Assembly: GCA_027314915.1 (NCBI GenBank)
Contig: DAHUZZ010000006.1
Coordinates: 23,869 to 87,868, forward strand
Direction: 5' to 3'
Source of the DNA: Thermoplasmata archaeon
GTDB taxonomy: Archaea > Thermoplasmatota > Thermoplasmata > Lutacidiplasmatales > UBA184
DNA length: 64,000 bases
Below, one piece after another: positions 62,903 through 64,000 of this stretch. The notes under the pieces are model-generated. The model made no database searches. It was not told the origin of the DNA and saw nothing but the letters and a program-made list of their open reading frames with translations. The translations under genes were made by a program, and so were the position numbers. Each line of letters opens with the position of its first letter. Position 1 is the first letter of the stretch.

Positions 62903-63306
62903 CGGAGATGGACCACCTCCCCGGGGGCGCTCGTGGTCGCGACGGACCATAGCCCGGGGCCCAGCGCGGCCCCGAGGGCGACCGTCTCGACCGTCCGGAG
63001 GCTCACGGGGGTGACCTGGGTGACGATCCCCGGCATCGCCGCGGCGGAGGGGACCGGCGGGAGCGGTGCGGCGCCGACGCCGGGCACGGGGTCGTCGCCC
63101 AGCAGGGCGCTCCGCAGCGAGCCCGACCCCGCGCCGGGCAGGTCCATGCCGGAGGTGATCTCGCGCAGGAGCTCGCCCCGGAGCCGGAGCATCCGCCCGT
63201 AGAGCCGGCCGAGCTGGCGCACCGTCTGCTGACCCTGCGAGCCGAAGAGCAGGAAGGCGGCGACCGCCAGGATGACGATCCAGTCCACGTCCGAGAAGAG
63301 CGCCAT
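62899..63306 (-). CDS. tatA: Twin-arginine translocase TatA/TatB-like subunit
   Basis: N-terminal TM ending in FG followed by an amphipathic helix (VRQLGRLYGRM); directly downstream of tatC. Confidence 0.75.
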   Translation of the reverse strand: MALFSDVDWIVILAVAAFLLFGSQGQQTVRQLGRLYGRMLRLRGELLREITSGMDLPGAGSGSLRSALLGDDPVPGVGAAPLPPVPSAAAMPGIVTQVTPVSLRTVETVALGAALGPGLWSVATTSAPGEVVHLR

Positions 63307-63315
63307 CGACCTACC

Positions 63316-64000
63316 TCACCCCGGCAGCGCGACCGGCGGCTCCGGCCCGGGCTTCGTCCGCTCCCAGCGACCCGCGAAGTAGGCCCCCGCGAGGTAGAGC
63401 GCGATCATCGGCGTCGCCACGAGCAGCATCGTCACGCCGGAGTTGTCCGGCGTGACCAGCATGCCGAAGATCAGCGAGCCGATGATCGCCCCCCGCCAGT
63501 GCTTCCGCCACGCCGAGGCCGGCACGGCGCCGACCCGGGTGAGCGCGTAGACGAAGACCGGCAGCTCGAAGACGATGCCGAAGGCGAGCGGATAGAGGAT
63601 CGTGAAGGTGACGAACGACTGGATGCTCAGCTGCTCGGCGACCCCGAGGGCCCCCACGTACTCGAAGAGGAAGGTGAGGGTAAGCGGCGTGATGAACAGG
63701 AGGCCGATCAGCGTGCCGACGACGAACAGCACCGTCGCCGGGATCCCGATCTGGCGCAGCAGCTCCCGTTCGTTCTTCCGGAGCGCCGGGACCAGGAACG
63801 CCCCCGCCTCGTGGATGATCCAGGGCATGCCCAGGATCAGGGTGAGGAGCGCGCCGATCTCGACCTGGACCATCACCGCATCCGCGATCCCCAGGTTGAA
63901 GAGGAGCACCCCGCGCGGCAGCAGGGCGGTCATCGCGACGAACACCTGGGCGGTGACGTTCAGGAAGAGGTTCGGAAACGGGTAGACGACGGGCACGGTG
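63316..64000 (-). CDS. tatC: Twin-arginine translocase TatC (5' end outside the window)
   Basis: FLVPAL..NE, FGIVFELP, WRGAII...IFG.LVTPD, PMIALY. Confidence 0.92.
   Translation of the reverse strand, partial: TVPVVYPFPNLFLNVTAQVFVAMTALLPRGVLLFNLGIADAVMVQVEIGALLTLILGMPWIIHEAGAFLVPALRKNERELLRQIGIPATVLFVVGTLIGLLFITPLTLTFLFEYVGALGVAEQLSIQSFVTFTILYPLAFGIVFELPVFVYALTRVGAVPASAWRKHWRGAIIGSLIFGMLVTPDNSGVTMLLVATPMIALYLAGAYFAGRWERTKPGPEPPVALPG

Noticed and set aside
1-64000. CRISPR array or rRNA gene
   Set aside because: No regularly spaced direct repeats and no rRNA-like sequence; the window is almost fully coding.

Overview
This window is about 64 kb of very GC-rich (roughly 70% by eye) archaeal chromosome. 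The gene set (archaeal exosome, proteasome alpha, EF-2 with a diphthamide loop, RadB, Rpo12, SRP19, S8e, TATA-box promoters) and gene style point to an uncultured Thermoplasmata lineage. That taxonomy is inferred, not computed. Main blocks: (1) the psmA-SBDS-rrp4-rrp41-rrp42-rpl37ae exosome superoperon; (2) a ~10.6 kb block lying between rpl37ae and rpoP, which are normally adjacent, containing a tightly coupled class I benzoyl-CoA reductase pathway (oah-bcrB-bcrA-bcrD-bcrC-dch-had), a Bat-type HTH regulator, and a divergent pair of an AroQ chorismate-mutase-like gene and a Cys-rich U32-family gene followed by an enoyl-CoA hydratase; (3) a beta-CASP nuclease-radB-ogt operon, S12-S7-EF2 and PolB; (4) metabolic housekeeping genes (purM, pyrC, 2-oxoacid:ferredoxin oxidoreductase, moaD/E, ADP-forming acyl-CoA synthetase, glucose dehydrogenase, KDG-aldolase-like); (5) a Kelch/PKD surface protein next to tRNA-Pro(GGG); (6) an aerobic respiratory operon, tatC-tatA-Rieske-cytochrome b-two small membrane proteins-heme-copper oxidase subunit I-ctaA-ctaB, with no subunit II in the operon. 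The most intriguing candidate new system is the chorismate-mutase-like/U32 pair fused to the anaerobic aromatic-ring reduction cluster, which suggests prephenate-dependent, O2-independent hydroxylation linked to benzoyl-CoA metabolism. No transposase, integrase or CRISPR array was seen. All assignments come from motif recognition by eye; no database searches were run.
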